Assembly: GCA_963700145.1 (NCBI GenBank)
Contig: OY969474.1
Location: 4,384,001 to 4,448,000, forward strand
Reading direction: 5' to 3'
DNA length: 64,000 nucleotides
Source of the DNA: an uncultured Acidobacteriota bacterium
GTDB lineage: Bacteria; Acidobacteriota; Thermoanaerobaculia; Multivoradales; UBA5704
Positions 9,269 through 18,952 of this stretch are shown piece by piece. A program made the translations under genes and the position numbers. Below the pieces are notes generated by a model, which saw only the letters and a program-made list of their open reading frames with translations, ran no database searches and was not told the origin of the DNA. Position 1 is the stretch's first letter; each line of letters starts with the position of its first letter.

Positions 9269-11046
9269 CCTTCGCAACGGCGGAGCACGACGTCCCCGAG
9301 CACCAGCCGGTCCATCCGCGTGCGCAGGAAGCAGTCGAGCGCCTCGGCCGGGGTGTTGACGATCGGCTCGTTCTCGTTGAACGAGGTGTTGAGCACCATC
9401 GGCACGCCGGTGCGCTCCTCGAAGGCGCGGATGAGCGCCCAGTAGCGCGGGTTGGCGCGGCGCGAGACGGTCTGCAGGCGCCCGGTACCGTCGACGTGAG
9501 TCACGGCCGGTACCGCGGCGCGCCGCTCCGGGCGGACGGGGTAGACCTTGAGCATGAAGGGGTCGGGCACGTCGATCGTGAACCAGTCGCCGGTCCGCTC
9601 CTCCAGCACCGACGGGGCGAACGGGCGGAAGGACTCGCGGCGCTTGATCTTGCGGTTGAGCAGGTCGCGCATGTCGCCGCGGCGCGGGTCGGCCAGGATC
9701 GAGCGGTTGCCGAGCGCCCGCGGCCCCCACTCCGAGCGCCCCTGGTACCAGCCGACGACCTCGCCCTCGGCGATCGCCGCCGCCGTCTCGGCGACGAGCG
9801 CCGCCTCGTCGCGCGCGGCCTCGACGCGCACCGGTCCCTCCTCGTACTCCCAGGTGCCGTCGGCGCCGTGCGAGCCCGCCAGGCGCTCGGCGACGGCGCG
9901 CCGCGCCTCGACCTCGCCGTAGGCCGGCCCCCAGTAGCTGTGCTCCATGACGAAGTCGCGCGGGCCGCCCAGCTCCTGGTGGTGCACCCAGAGAGCGGCG
10001 CCGAGGGCGGTGCCGGCGTCCCCCGCCGCGGCCTGGATGAAGACCTCCGCGACGTCGGTCTCGGCGAAGAGCTTGCCGTTGGCGACGGAGTTCAAGGCGC
10101 AGCCGCCGGCCAGGGCGAGACGGGAGAGGCCGGTCCGTTTCTGGAGCGCCCGCACCAGGGCGAAGAAGCGCTCCTCGTAGACCCGCTGCAGCGACGCGGC
10201 GAGATCGCGATGGCGGTCGGTCAACTCGTCGCCGGGCTGCCGGGCCGGTCCCAGCAGCTCTTCGAGCGCCGGCGTGTAGATCGGGCCGAGGGTCGGCGCG
10301 CCGTCCTCCCAGGTCATCTCCACTCCCTCGGAGAGGTGGCGGAAGTAGCGCAGGTCGAGGCGGAAGCCGCCGTCGCCGGTGGCCGGCACCAGGCGCGCGA
10401 CCTCGGCGGTGTGGCGCGGCTCGCCGTAGGCCGCCAGGCCCATCAGCTTGTACTCGTCGCCGAAGCCGGGGAAGCCGAGGTACTGGGTCACCGCGCTGTA
10501 GAGCAGCCCGAGCGAGTGCGGGAAGTGGACGCGGTCGAGCACCTCCAGCCGGTTGCCGCGCCCCACCGCCGACATCGTCGAGACGAAGTCGCCGAAGCCG
10601 TCGACCGAGAGGCACATCGCCTCCTCGAAGGGCGAGCAGAAGAACGCCGAGGCGATGTGGGCGAGGTGGTGCTCGACGGGATGGAGGGACGGCGCCTTCG
10701 CGACGCCGAAGGCGCGGGCGATGCGGCTCTCCAGTGTCCCCACCTGCGCCAGGTTGCGCGCCCGCGAGACGGCCCGCGGCAGGCTCTTCGGGTGGCTCAG
10801 CGCCAGCGCCGCCTTGCGCAGCAGGTAGGCGCGCGGCTGGCGCGAGACGGCGAGCGCGGTGACGCCTTCGAGGCCGCCGCCGTCAGCCTCTGCGGCGCAC
10901 CAGCGCAGGGCGTGCTCGGGGAAGCCGGCCCAATGCTTGACCCGGCGGAAGCGCTCCTCCTCGACGCCGGCCACGAAGCGGCCGTCCACCACGGCCGCCG
11001 CCGAGGCGTCGGCGTGGAAGGCGGAGAGGCCGAGGACGGTGCTCAC
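9265..11046 (-). CDS. Carbamoyltransferase (NodU/CmcH family)
   Basis: EEERFRRVKH, VEHHLAH, VDGFGD, EYKLMGLAAYG, GGCALNSVANG, EWGPRALGNRS, RESFRPFAP, LNTSFN. Confidence 0.95.
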   Translation of the reverse strand: MSTVLGLSAFHADASAAAVVDGRFVAGVEEERFRRVKHWAGFPEHALRWCAAEADGGGLEGVTALAVSRQPRAYLLRKAALALSHPKSLPRAVSRARNLAQVGTLESRIARAFGVAKAPSLHPVEHHLAHIASAFFCSPFEEAMCLSVDGFGDFVSTMSAVGRGNRLEVLDRVHFPHSLGLLYSAVTQYLGFPGFGDEYKLMGLAAYGEPRHTAEVARLVPATGDGGFRLDLRYFRHLSEGVEMTWEDGAPTLGPIYTPALEELLGPARQPGDELTDRHRDLAASLQRVYEERFFALVRALQKRTGLSRLALAGGCALNSVANGKLFAETDVAEVFIQAAAGDAGTALGAALWVHHQELGGPRDFVMEHSYWGPAYGEVEARRAVAERLAGSHGADGTWEYEEGPVRVEAARDEAALVAETAAAIAEGEVVGWYQGRSEWGPRALGNRSILADPRRGDMRDLLNRKIKRRESFRPFAPSVLEERTGDWFTIDVPDPFMLKVYPVRPERRAAVPAVTHVDGTGRLQTVSRRANPRYWALIRAFEERTGVPMVLNTSFNENEPIVNTPAEALDCFLRTRMDRLVLGDVVLRRCEG

Positions 11047-11921
11047 CGCGTCTCCCCCTCATGCAACAGCTCCTCGAGCCGCACGTCCACGACCAGCCGG
11101 AACCAGAAGGCCTGAAGGAAGTGGAAGACGAAGCCGTTCTTGCCGTCGAGGACACCCAGGAGCAGCACGTAGCGGTAGAAGAAGTAGAGGAACGGCCGCA
11201 GGTAGAGCGGCAGCCCGTACCAGCGCTCCTTGAGCCAGAGGACGCGCTCGTCGGCGTGCCCGAAGAGGCGCGGGCGCGTCTTCCAGGCGACCTCGCCGCG
11301 GCGCCGCGCCCGCTCCTCGCGCGCGAAGGCCTCGGCGTAGCGCAGGTGCTTCTGGAGGTAGAAGAGGATCGCGTCCTCCTTCTTGTTCCACTCCTCGAGC
11401 GGCGCGCGCAGGCGCCCCACCGGGCCGCGGACGTAGACGCGGGTGTCCTGCTCGTGCGGGTCGAGCTCGCCCTTGCCGCGGCGGAAGAGCTTGAGCATCG
11501 CCTTGCGGCCGTAGCCGCCGAAGCGGAGGGGCTTGCCGCGGAAGATCTGCCGCCGGCGGATGTAGAAGCCGTCCTCGCGCGGTCCGGGGCCGGCGAGGAG
11601 GGCGGCGATCTCGGCGCGCAGCGCCGGCGTCAGCGCCTGGTCGGCTTCGAGGATCAGCACCCAGTCGCTCGCGATCGGCAGGTGGTCGAGCCCCCACTGG
11701 AAGATCCAGGGGATGATCCGCGTGTCGTCGTAGGGGAGGCCCTCCACCCGGTCGGCGTAGCGGCGGGCGATCTCGACCGTGCGGTCGCCGCTCTCGGAGT
11801 CGAGGACGAAGACCTGCGCGGCGAAGCCGTGGACGCTCTGGAGGCAGCGCTCCAGGTTGGCCTCCTCGTTGCGCGTGGCGACGAGGACGGCGATTGGGAC
11901 GCGCGGCGTCGGCTCGCTCAC
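11043..11921 (-). CDS. GT2 glycosyltransferase
   Basis: VATRNEEANLERCL, VLDSESGDRT, WVLILEADQ, C-terminal LRPFLYFFYRY..GVLDGKNG. Confidence 0.85.
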   Translation of the reverse strand: MSEPTPRVPIAVLVATRNEEANLERCLQSVHGFAAQVFVLDSESGDRTVEIARRYADRVEGLPYDDTRIIPWIFQWGLDHLPIASDWVLILEADQALTPALRAEIAALLAGPGPREDGFYIRRRQIFRGKPLRFGGYGRKAMLKLFRRGKGELDPHEQDTRVYVRGPVGRLRAPLEEWNKKEDAILFYLQKHLRYAEAFAREERARRRGEVAWKTRPRLFGHADERVLWLKERWYGLPLYLRPFLYFFYRYVLLLGVLDGKNGFVFHFLQAFWFRLVVDVRLEELLHEGETR

Positions 11922-13054
11922 GCCGCGGCCCTCCGCTTGGTCACGCGCTCCGCCGCGTCCAGCAAGCCGCGCCAGGCGGCCGCGTAGTCCCACGCCGCCA
12001 GAACCCGCTCGTTTTCCGCGCGCACGCCGGCGGGATCGAGCGCCAGCGCTGCCGCGAGCCGGCAGGCGAGCCCTTCCCAGTCGCCGGCCTCGTAGACCTC
12101 GCCGTTGCGCCCCGGCAGGACCAGGTCGTGCGCCGCGCCGACGCGCGAGGAAGCGACGACCGGCAGCCCGCAGGCGAGCGCCTCCTGGACCGAGACCCCC
12201 CAGCGCTCCTCCCGCGCCGGGTGCACGAAGACGTCGGCGGCGGCGTAGAGATCCGGCAGCTCGGGGTAGGGGACGTAGCCGGGGAAACGGACGCGCCCCG
12301 GGGCCAGCTCGGCGGCCAGGCTCTCCAGCTCCGCGCGCTGCGGGCCGTCGCCGGCGAGGACGAGCGCGGCGCCCTGGGGCAGCCGGGGGAAGGCGTGCAC
12401 GAGGTCCCAGGGCGCCTCGCGCGGGTTGAACTTGGCGAGCGAGAGGACGAGCTTGGCGCCCGGAGACACGCCGAGCCGCTCGCGGGCGGCTTGCCGCGCC
12501 TCGGCGGTCAGCCGCGAGCCCGCGCGGAAGTGCTCGACGTCCACCGCGTAGGGGAACAGCGCCGTCCGCTCCGGCGGCACGCCGCAGGCGCGGAGATAGT
12601 CCAGGGTCAGCGTTCCCACCCCGAAAAACAGGTCGTAGGCCCGGGCCAGCAGCCCGGAGACCAGCAAGCGCTTCGCCCGCCGCCGCGTCGGCGAGGCGTC
12701 GAAGAGAACGGAGTCGAGGCGCAAGCCGGTCGGCACGCCGCCGCGGCGCGCGATCGCCGCGGCGAGCAGGTGGAGCCGCCGGGTGTAGCCGTTGGTGATC
12801 AGGAGGTCGCAGCCGCCGAGCCGCTCGCGCAGCCAGCGCGCTCGCCCGTCCGGCGGCAGCACCGCGTGCGGGTAGCCGCCAAGCAGGTCGATGCCCCATG
12901 GGATCTCCCGCCCCAGCTCGGGATCGAACGGCGGCGCCGCCGGCTCGGGCTCGGTGAAGAAAGGGACCAGCTCGCCGCCGCCGGCGCTGGCGGCGTAGCG
13001 GTAGAACGGGGCCTCGAACTGGGTCGGGCGCTCGACCAGGAAGACGATCTTCAA
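11918..13054 (-). CDS. GT4 glycosyltransferase
   Basis: PTQFEAPFYR, FPYAVD, LAGDGP, YAAADVFVHP..ERWGVSVQEALACGLPV; TTG start coupled to upstream stop. Confidence 0.85.
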   Translation of the reverse strand: MKIVFLVERPTQFEAPFYRYAASAGGGELVPFFTEPEPAAPPFDPELGREIPWGIDLLGGYPHAVLPPDGRARWLRERLGGCDLLITNGYTRRLHLLAAAIARRGGVPTGLRLDSVLFDASPTRRRAKRLLVSGLLARAYDLFFGVGTLTLDYLRACGVPPERTALFPYAVDVEHFRAGSRLTAEARQAARERLGVSPGAKLVLSLAKFNPREAPWDLVHAFPRLPQGAALVLAGDGPQRAELESLAAELAPGRVRFPGYVPYPELPDLYAAADVFVHPAREERWGVSVQEALACGLPVVASSRVGAAHDLVLPGRNGEVYEAGDWEGLACRLAAALALDPAGVRAENERVLAAWDYAAAWRGLLDAAERVTKRRAAA

Positions 13055-14241
13055 GCGCCCGTCCCCGCGGCGTGACGGGCCAGCGCCTCGCCGTAGACCC
13101 GCTCCATCTCGCGCGCCACCGCCGGCCAGGCGAAGCGCTCGGCGGCCGCCGCGGCGCCGCGCCGGCCCATCGCCCGCGCCGCCTCCGGGTCGGCGAGGAG
13201 CGCGCGCAATGCTTCTCCGAGCCGCTCGGGCGCGCCCTCGACGACCACGCCGCTGCCGCTCTCGCGTACCGCCTCCGCCAGCCCCACCTCGGGCGTGACG
13301 ACGACCGGGAGGCCGGCCGCCATCGCCTCGACCACGACGTTGCCGAAGTTCTCCGAGTAGGAGGTCAGGGCCAGCGCGGCGGCGCCGTGGAGGAGCGCGC
13401 TCTTCGTGCCGCCATGCACCTCGCCGAGGAAGACGACGCGGCCGGCGACCCCGTGCTCCGCGGCCAGCCGCTCGAGTGCCGGCCGGTACGCCTCCTCGTC
13501 GTTCCCCGCGACGGCGAGCACGGCCTCCGGCGCGTGCGCCAGCGCGGCGATCAGGCGGTCGAGCCCTTTCTTCCAGCTCACCCGCCCGAGGAAGAGGACG
13601 AACGGTAGGCCGGAGAGGAGGTCCCGCACCGCGGCAGGCAGCTCGCCCGCGGCCGCCGGCTCGCCCGTGCCGTTCAGCTCGACGCCGTTCGGCACCACCG
13701 CCAGCGGCGGCAGCGGCAGGCCCAGCCGCCGCGCTTCCTCGCCTTCGAGCGCACTGGTGACGTGGAGGGCCGCGGCCTCGGCCAGGGTGCGCCGCTCGAC
13801 GAGCCGGATCCAAACCCGCTTGCGCAGCCGGCCGCGCCGCTGGATGAGGTCCGGGACCAGCATGCCGCGCGGCGAGACGACGTACGGGACGCCGGCGCGG
13901 GCCGCGGCGCGCGCCGCCGCGCGCGTCGGCCAGAGGAAGACCGAGTGGAGGTGGACGAGGTCGAGCTCGGGCATGCGCGCCGCCAGCGCTTCCCCGAGCG
14001 CCGGCGCGCGGTAGAGCCGCCGCGGCGGCGCCGTCGGGAAGTACCAGACCTCGACGCCGTCGAGCGCCACCGGCTGCCCGAGCGGCACCTCCAGGCGGCC
14101 GTCGCCGTGGACGTCGGTGGTGAAGACGGTCACCTGATGGCCGCGCGCGACGAGGGCGCGCGCCAGCCCGTGCACGGCGCGGACCGGGCCGCCGTGCCGC
14201 CAGGCCGGCAGGTAGGTGGGGACGACGTGGAGCAGCTTCAC
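13051..14241 (-). CDS. GT4 glycosyltransferase
   Basis: LLHVVPTYLPAWRHGGP, SPRGML, VPNGV, FLGRVSWKKG, ENFGNVVVEAMAAGLPV. Confidence 0.9.
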   Translation of the reverse strand: MKLLHVVPTYLPAWRHGGPVRAVHGLARALVARGHQVTVFTTDVHGDGRLEVPLGQPVALDGVEVWYFPTAPPRRLYRAPALGEALAARMPELDLVHLHSVFLWPTRAAARAAARAGVPYVVSPRGMLVPDLIQRRGRLRKRVWIRLVERRTLAEAAALHVTSALEGEEARRLGLPLPPLAVVPNGVELNGTGEPAAAGELPAAVRDLLSGLPFVLFLGRVSWKKGLDRLIAALAHAPEAVLAVAGNDEEAYRPALERLAAEHGVAGRVVFLGEVHGGTKSALLHGAAALALTSYSENFGNVVVEAMAAGLPVVVTPEVGLAEAVRESGSGVVVEGAPERLGEALRALLADPEAARAMGRRGAAAAAERFAWPAVAREMERVYGEALARHAAGTGA

Positions 14242-15440
14242 GCGGCCTCCGCGCGCCGCAGCGACGCGAACAGGGCCGCGACGCGCTCGTGGTACGTGGA
14301 CCAGCCGGCCCCGGCGACCGAGGTCCGGCAGCCCGGGCGCATGGCGCGCAGCGCCGGCCGGTTGCGGACGCACCAGAGCATCCGCTCGGCGAGTGCGCCG
14401 GCGTCGCCCGCCCGCACGACCCAGCCGTTGCGTCCCTCGACGACCAGCTCCTTGGCGCCCACGCGGTCCGAGACCAGCGCCGGCAGTCCGCTCGCCAGCG
14501 ACTCGGCGACGACCATCCCGAACGACTCGTTGCGGGAAGGGAGCACCAAACAGTCGGCCGAGCGGAAGCGGGCGGCCAGCTCGGCTTGGGGCAGCGATCC
14601 GAGAACCGAGACCCCGGAGGGCAGAGGAGAGAGAAGAGACGTGGCGTCGCCCGGGGGGCCGATAATCAGCAGGCGCACGGCGGGCTCCGCCTTCCTGGTC
14701 AGGGCGAAGGCCTCGAGCAGGACGTCGGTTCCCTTGAGCCGGCTCGCCGCGCCCGCGAACAGGAACGTGAAGTCGCTCGCGGCGCCGCCGCCCGGCTCGG
14801 CGCCTGCGTCCTCGAACAGCTCGAGGTCCACGCCCAGGGGCACGCAGTGCACCCGCTCCGGGGGAACGCCCGCCTCGACGTAGCTCTCCCGGGCCTGCGC
14901 CGAGACCGTCAGCACGTGGTCGGCGAGCGCCACCTCCAGGTCCTTCACCTGGCGGATGCGGCGACCCAGAGAGCGCGGCGTGGACTCGCCGGCGAAGCGG
15001 TCCTGGGTGCGGTGGTGCGTCGCCGGCGCGTCCAGGATCGTCGTCAGCCCGAGCCGCCGCGCGCGCCGGAAGGTCGCCAGCGCCGAGATCTCGCACGCCA
15101 CCACAGCATCCACCGCCTGGGGCCGGAGCCGCGCGGCGGCCCAACGATCGAACCGCCGGCAGGCGAGAAAGTCCGTGTAGGCGGCGAGCGGTGGCGGCAG
15201 CAGGAGGTCCCCCAGCCGGCGGAGGGCGGGAGCCCAGGGCGCCCACCGCACCCGATCCTCGGGCAGCGCCACCGGCCGATAGCGCACGAAGCGTTCCCAG
15301 AGAGGCCGCGGCACGTACCGGCGGTGCCGGTCGAGGCTGGGCACTCCCGCCCAGTAGCCGGCCAGCATGCCGGCCTTCGCCAGCGACAGCGCGATCTGGT
15401 GCGAGTGCTGGCGGCCCGGATGGGTGACCAGCACCTTCAT
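14238..15440 (-). CDS. GT4 glycosyltransferase
   Basis: MKVLVTHPGRQHS, VPLGVD, VLPSRNESFGMVVAESLASGLP. Confidence 0.9.
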   Translation of the reverse strand: MKVLVTHPGRQHSHQIALSLAKAGMLAGYWAGVPSLDRHRRYVPRPLWERFVRYRPVALPEDRVRWAPWAPALRRLGDLLLPPPLAAYTDFLACRRFDRWAAARLRPQAVDAVVACEISALATFRRARRLGLTTILDAPATHHRTQDRFAGESTPRSLGRRIRQVKDLEVALADHVLTVSAQARESYVEAGVPPERVHCVPLGVDLELFEDAGAEPGGGAASDFTFLFAGAASRLKGTDVLLEAFALTRKAEPAVRLLIIGPPGDATSLLSPLPSGVSVLGSLPQAELAARFRSADCLVLPSRNESFGMVVAESLASGLPALVSDRVGAKELVVEGRNGWVVRAGDAGALAERMLWCVRNRPALRAMRPGCRTSVAGAGWSTYHERVAALFASLRRAEAA

Positions 15441-16864
15441 CCGCCGGTCCGCAGCCCGGCCCCCTGCGGCACCAGAGCCGCCCGTCGCGCCGCGGCGGCC
15501 GGCGCCGGTACCGGCGCCGGGACGAGAGCGGCCTGCCGGTCGAGCCGCACGGCCAGGAACACCAAACCCACGAGGAACCAGTAGTACACCCCGGCCGTCA
15601 CCTCGAAGATGATCCCGCCGGGGATCTGGATGAGGAAGAACAGCAAGGCCGAGATCGCGATGGCGCGATGGAAGGGCGTCCGTAGCCGCAGCGCCTGGCG
15701 CAGAGCGAAGAGCGCCACCGACAGGCGCACGAGATAGACGAAAAGGAAACCCAGTGGGCCGAGCTCCAGCATTACGCGGCCGCTCTCCGCCTCCGGCGCG
15801 ACGCCGCCGAGCCAACTGAAGGGCACGACGCCCCCGGTCAGCGCCGTCGCAGCCTGATGAGTCGCCCCGATGCCGTAGCCCAGGGCCCCGGCATAGGGGA
15901 GCATGTGGACCGGCGCCAGGAAGGGGGAGGCTACCCGGGAGGCGACGTCCTCGGATCCGGCGGCCCGCTGACTGAAGGCTGTGACTGCTTCTCCCCCCTT
16001 CCAACTGAGCACGGTCGCCAGCAGACCCATGCCGAGGAGCAATCGCACGAAAGTCCGAGCGCTCTGCCTCTCGCGTACCAGCGCGAGCCAACAGTAGATA
16101 GGGAAGATGAGGGAGAGCAGGAGGATCGGCCCACGCGAGCCGCTCATGAGCATCCCGAGCAACGTCATGCCGAGCGCGGCGTAGACGAGAAGATTCCCAC
16201 GGAATTGCCAGCGGGCGGTGGTGAGAATCGCGAGGATGAGGAACGTGCTGACGAGGAGGTAGGAAGTGTAGCCCGTGATGTAGGAAAAGGTCCCCGTGAC
16301 CCGGACGAACGCCGAGCTGCCGAAGGTCGAGATCACCGACACCTGCGGCGGTCGCGCGTAAGTGTTGAGGAGGCTGCCGGCCGGACTGAAGAACTGCGCG
16401 ATCGAGAGCAGCCCGATCGGCAGGGCGAGGAGCGCATAACGCTTGACGAAGCGGGCCAAGGACGCGTCGTCCGGGAACATCGCCGGTACGACGAAGAGAA
16501 GCGGCACGTACAGGAAATAGGCCTTGAACCCCAAGATCCCCACCCAGAGATTGGGCAACCGTGGGTTGAAGACCTGGAAGAGGCCGATGACCGCCGCGAG
16601 GATGAGGCCGGCGTAGAGGCTCGGCGCCTCCGGCAACCGCCACCGCAGGCGCCAGCGGTTCTGCAACCACCCGGCGTAGGCGCCGAGGAAGAAGACGTCC
16701 TTGGCGAAATAGACGATGTCTTGGGACCCGGGGAGGAGCCACTTCCGGATCGCCCCCTCGAGGATCACCAACAGCATCCCCACCTGGACGGCCTGCCGCC
16801 ACTGCCGCACCGACCAGAGGGCGGCGGCGACGCCGACCATCATCAGGAGCAGCCGCGTGTTCAC
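15437..16864 (-). CDS. Putative polysaccharide polymerase (Wzy-like) membrane protein
   Basis: About 12 TM helices; EGAIRKWL, RVTGTFSY, MSGSRG, GYGIGA, ELGPLG motifs; position among GT genes. Confidence 0.7.
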   Translation of the reverse strand: MNTRLLLMMVGVAAALWSVRQWRQAVQVGMLLVILEGAIRKWLLPGSQDIVYFAKDVFFLGAYAGWLQNRWRLRWRLPEAPSLYAGLILAAVIGLFQVFNPRLPNLWVGILGFKAYFLYVPLLFVVPAMFPDDASLARFVKRYALLALPIGLLSIAQFFSPAGSLLNTYARPPQVSVISTFGSSAFVRVTGTFSYITGYTSYLLVSTFLILAILTTARWQFRGNLLVYAALGMTLLGMLMSGSRGPILLLSLIFPIYCWLALVRERQSARTFVRLLLGMGLLATVLSWKGGEAVTAFSQRAAGSEDVASRVASPFLAPVHMLPYAGALGYGIGATHQAATALTGGVVPFSWLGGVAPEAESGRVMLELGPLGFLFVYLVRLSVALFALRQALRLRTPFHRAIAISALLFFLIQIPGGIIFEVTAGVYYWFLVGLVFLAVRLDRQAALVPAPVPAPAAAARRAALVPQGAGLRTGG

Positions 16865-17916
16865 GCCTCGGCCTCCCCTCGTCCGGCGAGCAGCTCCGTC
16901 CGCCGCCCCGCGACGGCCTGCTCCAGCACTTGCAGATAGGCGGCGACGACGCGACCACTGCCGTGGCGGGCGAGGTGGTCGGACACTACCTCGCGCGGGG
17001 CGGCGAAGCGGTCCGTGTCCGCTAACGCGGCCTCCAGCAGGCGGGCGAGCGCGTTCGCATCGCCGTTCGCGAAGGTCAGGCCGCAGCGGCCGATGGCCTC
17101 CTTGAGGCCCCCGCCGCGGGAGCCGATGACGAGGCAACCGCAAGCGATCCCCTCCAGCGCGACGATGCCGAAGGGCTCGTTATAGCGCGAAGGGATCACG
17201 AGGATCCGATGCTCGTTCAAGAGGCGGACGACCTCTTCGCCCTCGCGGTTGCCCAGGAACACGAGCTGCGCCGCGACGCCGAGCCGGCTGGCCTGCGATT
17301 CGAGCGCCGGCCTCTCCGGACCGTCTCCCACGATCGTGAGTGTCGGTCGAATCCCACGGGTGGCCAAGAGGCCGAGGGCATCGAGCAGGGTATCGACCCC
17401 CTTGTCCGAGACGAGCCGGCCGAGGAACATCAGCTCGCCGCTGCGCGTCACCCCGGGCAGCATACGGAAGAGGTGGTCCCGATAAGAGTTGGCGATCACG
17501 ACCGAAAAGGTTTCGAGGTCGTCGGCCACCGCCTGGCTGACCGCGATCGAGCTAGCCCAGCGCAGAAGGAAGCGCTTGAGGCGGTCTTGGGGTGCGCGGC
17601 TCCCGTCCTGGCGGCTGTACCAACCGTGATGAGAGACGACCCAGGGCCGCCGCACCAGCAGCAGAGGCCACAAGCCGCGCAAGCTCACGTTGGCCTGAAA
17701 GAAGACGTCGCACCAGCGGGCGAGAGCCAGGAGCTCACGCCGCGAAGGTCGCCGCACGACGCGGAACTCGAAGGGCTCGGACCCCGGGTTCTCCGTCTTG
17801 GCGACGACTGTGACTTCGTGGCCCGCACGGTTGATACCCGCGGCCAGGCGTTGGATGTTGATCTCGAGCCCGCCGACGCTGGGGTAGAAAACAGGACAAT
17901 AGAGGAGGACTTTCAT
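16861..17916 (-). CDS. GT4 glycosyltransferase
   Basis: FYPSVGGLE, FLGRLVSDKG, VGDGPE, PSRYNEPFGIVALEGIACG. Confidence 0.9.
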   Translation of the reverse strand: MKVLLYCPVFYPSVGGLEINIQRLAAGINRAGHEVTVVAKTENPGSEPFEFRVVRRPSRRELLALARWCDVFFQANVSLRGLWPLLLVRRPWVVSHHGWYSRQDGSRAPQDRLKRFLLRWASSIAVSQAVADDLETFSVVIANSYRDHLFRMLPGVTRSGELMFLGRLVSDKGVDTLLDALGLLATRGIRPTLTIVGDGPERPALESQASRLGVAAQLVFLGNREGEEVVRLLNEHRILVIPSRYNEPFGIVALEGIACGCLVIGSRGGGLKEAIGRCGLTFANGDANALARLLEAALADTDRFAAPREVVSDHLARHGSGRVVAAYLQVLEQAVAGRRTELLAGRGEAEA

Positions 17917-17923
17917 AGCGCGT

Positions 17924-18952
17924 CTAACGGGGACTCACTTGCGGGAAGAGCAGCTTCAGGTAGGCGGCTGCGTGACGATCTAGAGAATGGCCGCGATACC
18001 AAGCATGGGCCTGATCCGCGATCGTCTGGAGATAGTTCCAGCGCACGGCGGTGCCCGACCGAGGCTTCCAGAACGGCGGAGTCGGCTCGGTGTTCGGCTC
18101 CGGTCGAGTCGAGGCGCAGACGGGCAGCAGACCGTGGGCGCAGTAGGCGGCAAAAGCCGTTGACTTGCCCAGGAAGGCAGACGGATAGGCGGCGAAGCCA
18201 GCGCACCCGTCGAGCAACCGTGCGCTGACCTCTCCTGGTGGAATCACACCCAACTCCCGCACCGGCAAGCCGTCCAGCCGGACCGGTGCTCCGGCCGGCG
18301 GGCCTACATCCCAGATCTCTGCAAGCTGTAGCGCGCGGCAGGTGGCTAGAAGATCTGCCCGCCTCTCTGTCCAGGCGCGTCCGCGGGCGCCGGAGCCGCC
18401 GAAGACGATGAGACGCCGGGGACGCTCAGCGAGCGGCCACACAGCCGCGGGCTCTCCGACGGTGGAGAACACCGGGGCCACGTCGATGTGTGCGTCGGGA
18501 CGCCAACGGCGGAGGATGCGAGCTTGCAACTCGAGACTGGTGACGGCGGCGTCGGACAGAGTGAGGAGACGCGACGCGAGCCGCCGCTGCTGCGGCCCGA
18601 GCCAGAATGAGCTGCGCCAAGGTGGCCCGCTGGCATAAAGCTCGTGGTAGACGGTCACGAGCCGACGCTCGGGGGCACTGCGTTTCCATCTCGCCAGTCC
18701 CTCGATCAGCCAGCCCGGGCATCCGCGGCGCTCATAGCCGTAGTTCGCGTAGTGGAGGAGAACGGTGGTCTCGTTAGCGAGGGCGGCGGCGAGGGCGGCT
18801 TTACTCTGTAGAAGCGTCGAGGCATCGAGGACTCGGGCCTCGAGCCGGGCCTTCTGGAAAAGCGCTGCGCCCAGCGCCAGAGCAAAGCTCCCTACCCCCT
18901 CCTCCGGAGGAGGCAGGTGCGGCACCACCTGGAGAGCTCCGGTCGCCGTCAC
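17924..18952 (-). CDS. Glycosyltransferase-like (GT-B fold) protein
   Basis: VPHLPPPEEGVGSFA, LHYANYGY, TVYHEL, PVFSTVGEP, GKSTAFAAYCAHGL; GTG start coupled to upstream stop. Confidence 0.65.
   Translation of the reverse strand: MTATGALQVVPHLPPPEEGVGSFALALGAALFQKARLEARVLDASTLLQSKAALAAALANETTVLLHYANYGYERRGCPGWLIEGLARWKRSAPERRLVTVYHELYASGPPWRSSFWLGPQQRRLASRLLTLSDAAVTSLELQARILRRWRPDAHIDVAPVFSTVGEPAAVWPLAERPRRLIVFGGSGARGRAWTERRADLLATCRALQLAEIWDVGPPAGAPVRLDGLPVRELGVIPPGEVSARLLDGCAGFAAYPSAFLGKSTAFAAYCAHGLLPVCASTRPEPNTEPTPPFWKPRSGTAVRWNYLQTIADQAHAWYRGHSLDRHAAAYLKLLFPQVSPR

Noticed and set aside
7610-10615. Apparent long fusion ORFs (also 11043-12899, 13051-15246, 14238-16958, 31375-33462, 36824-39529)
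   Set aside because: The N-terminal extensions are off-frame or antisense readings of the neighbouring gene; most true starts are at 4-nt stop/start overlaps
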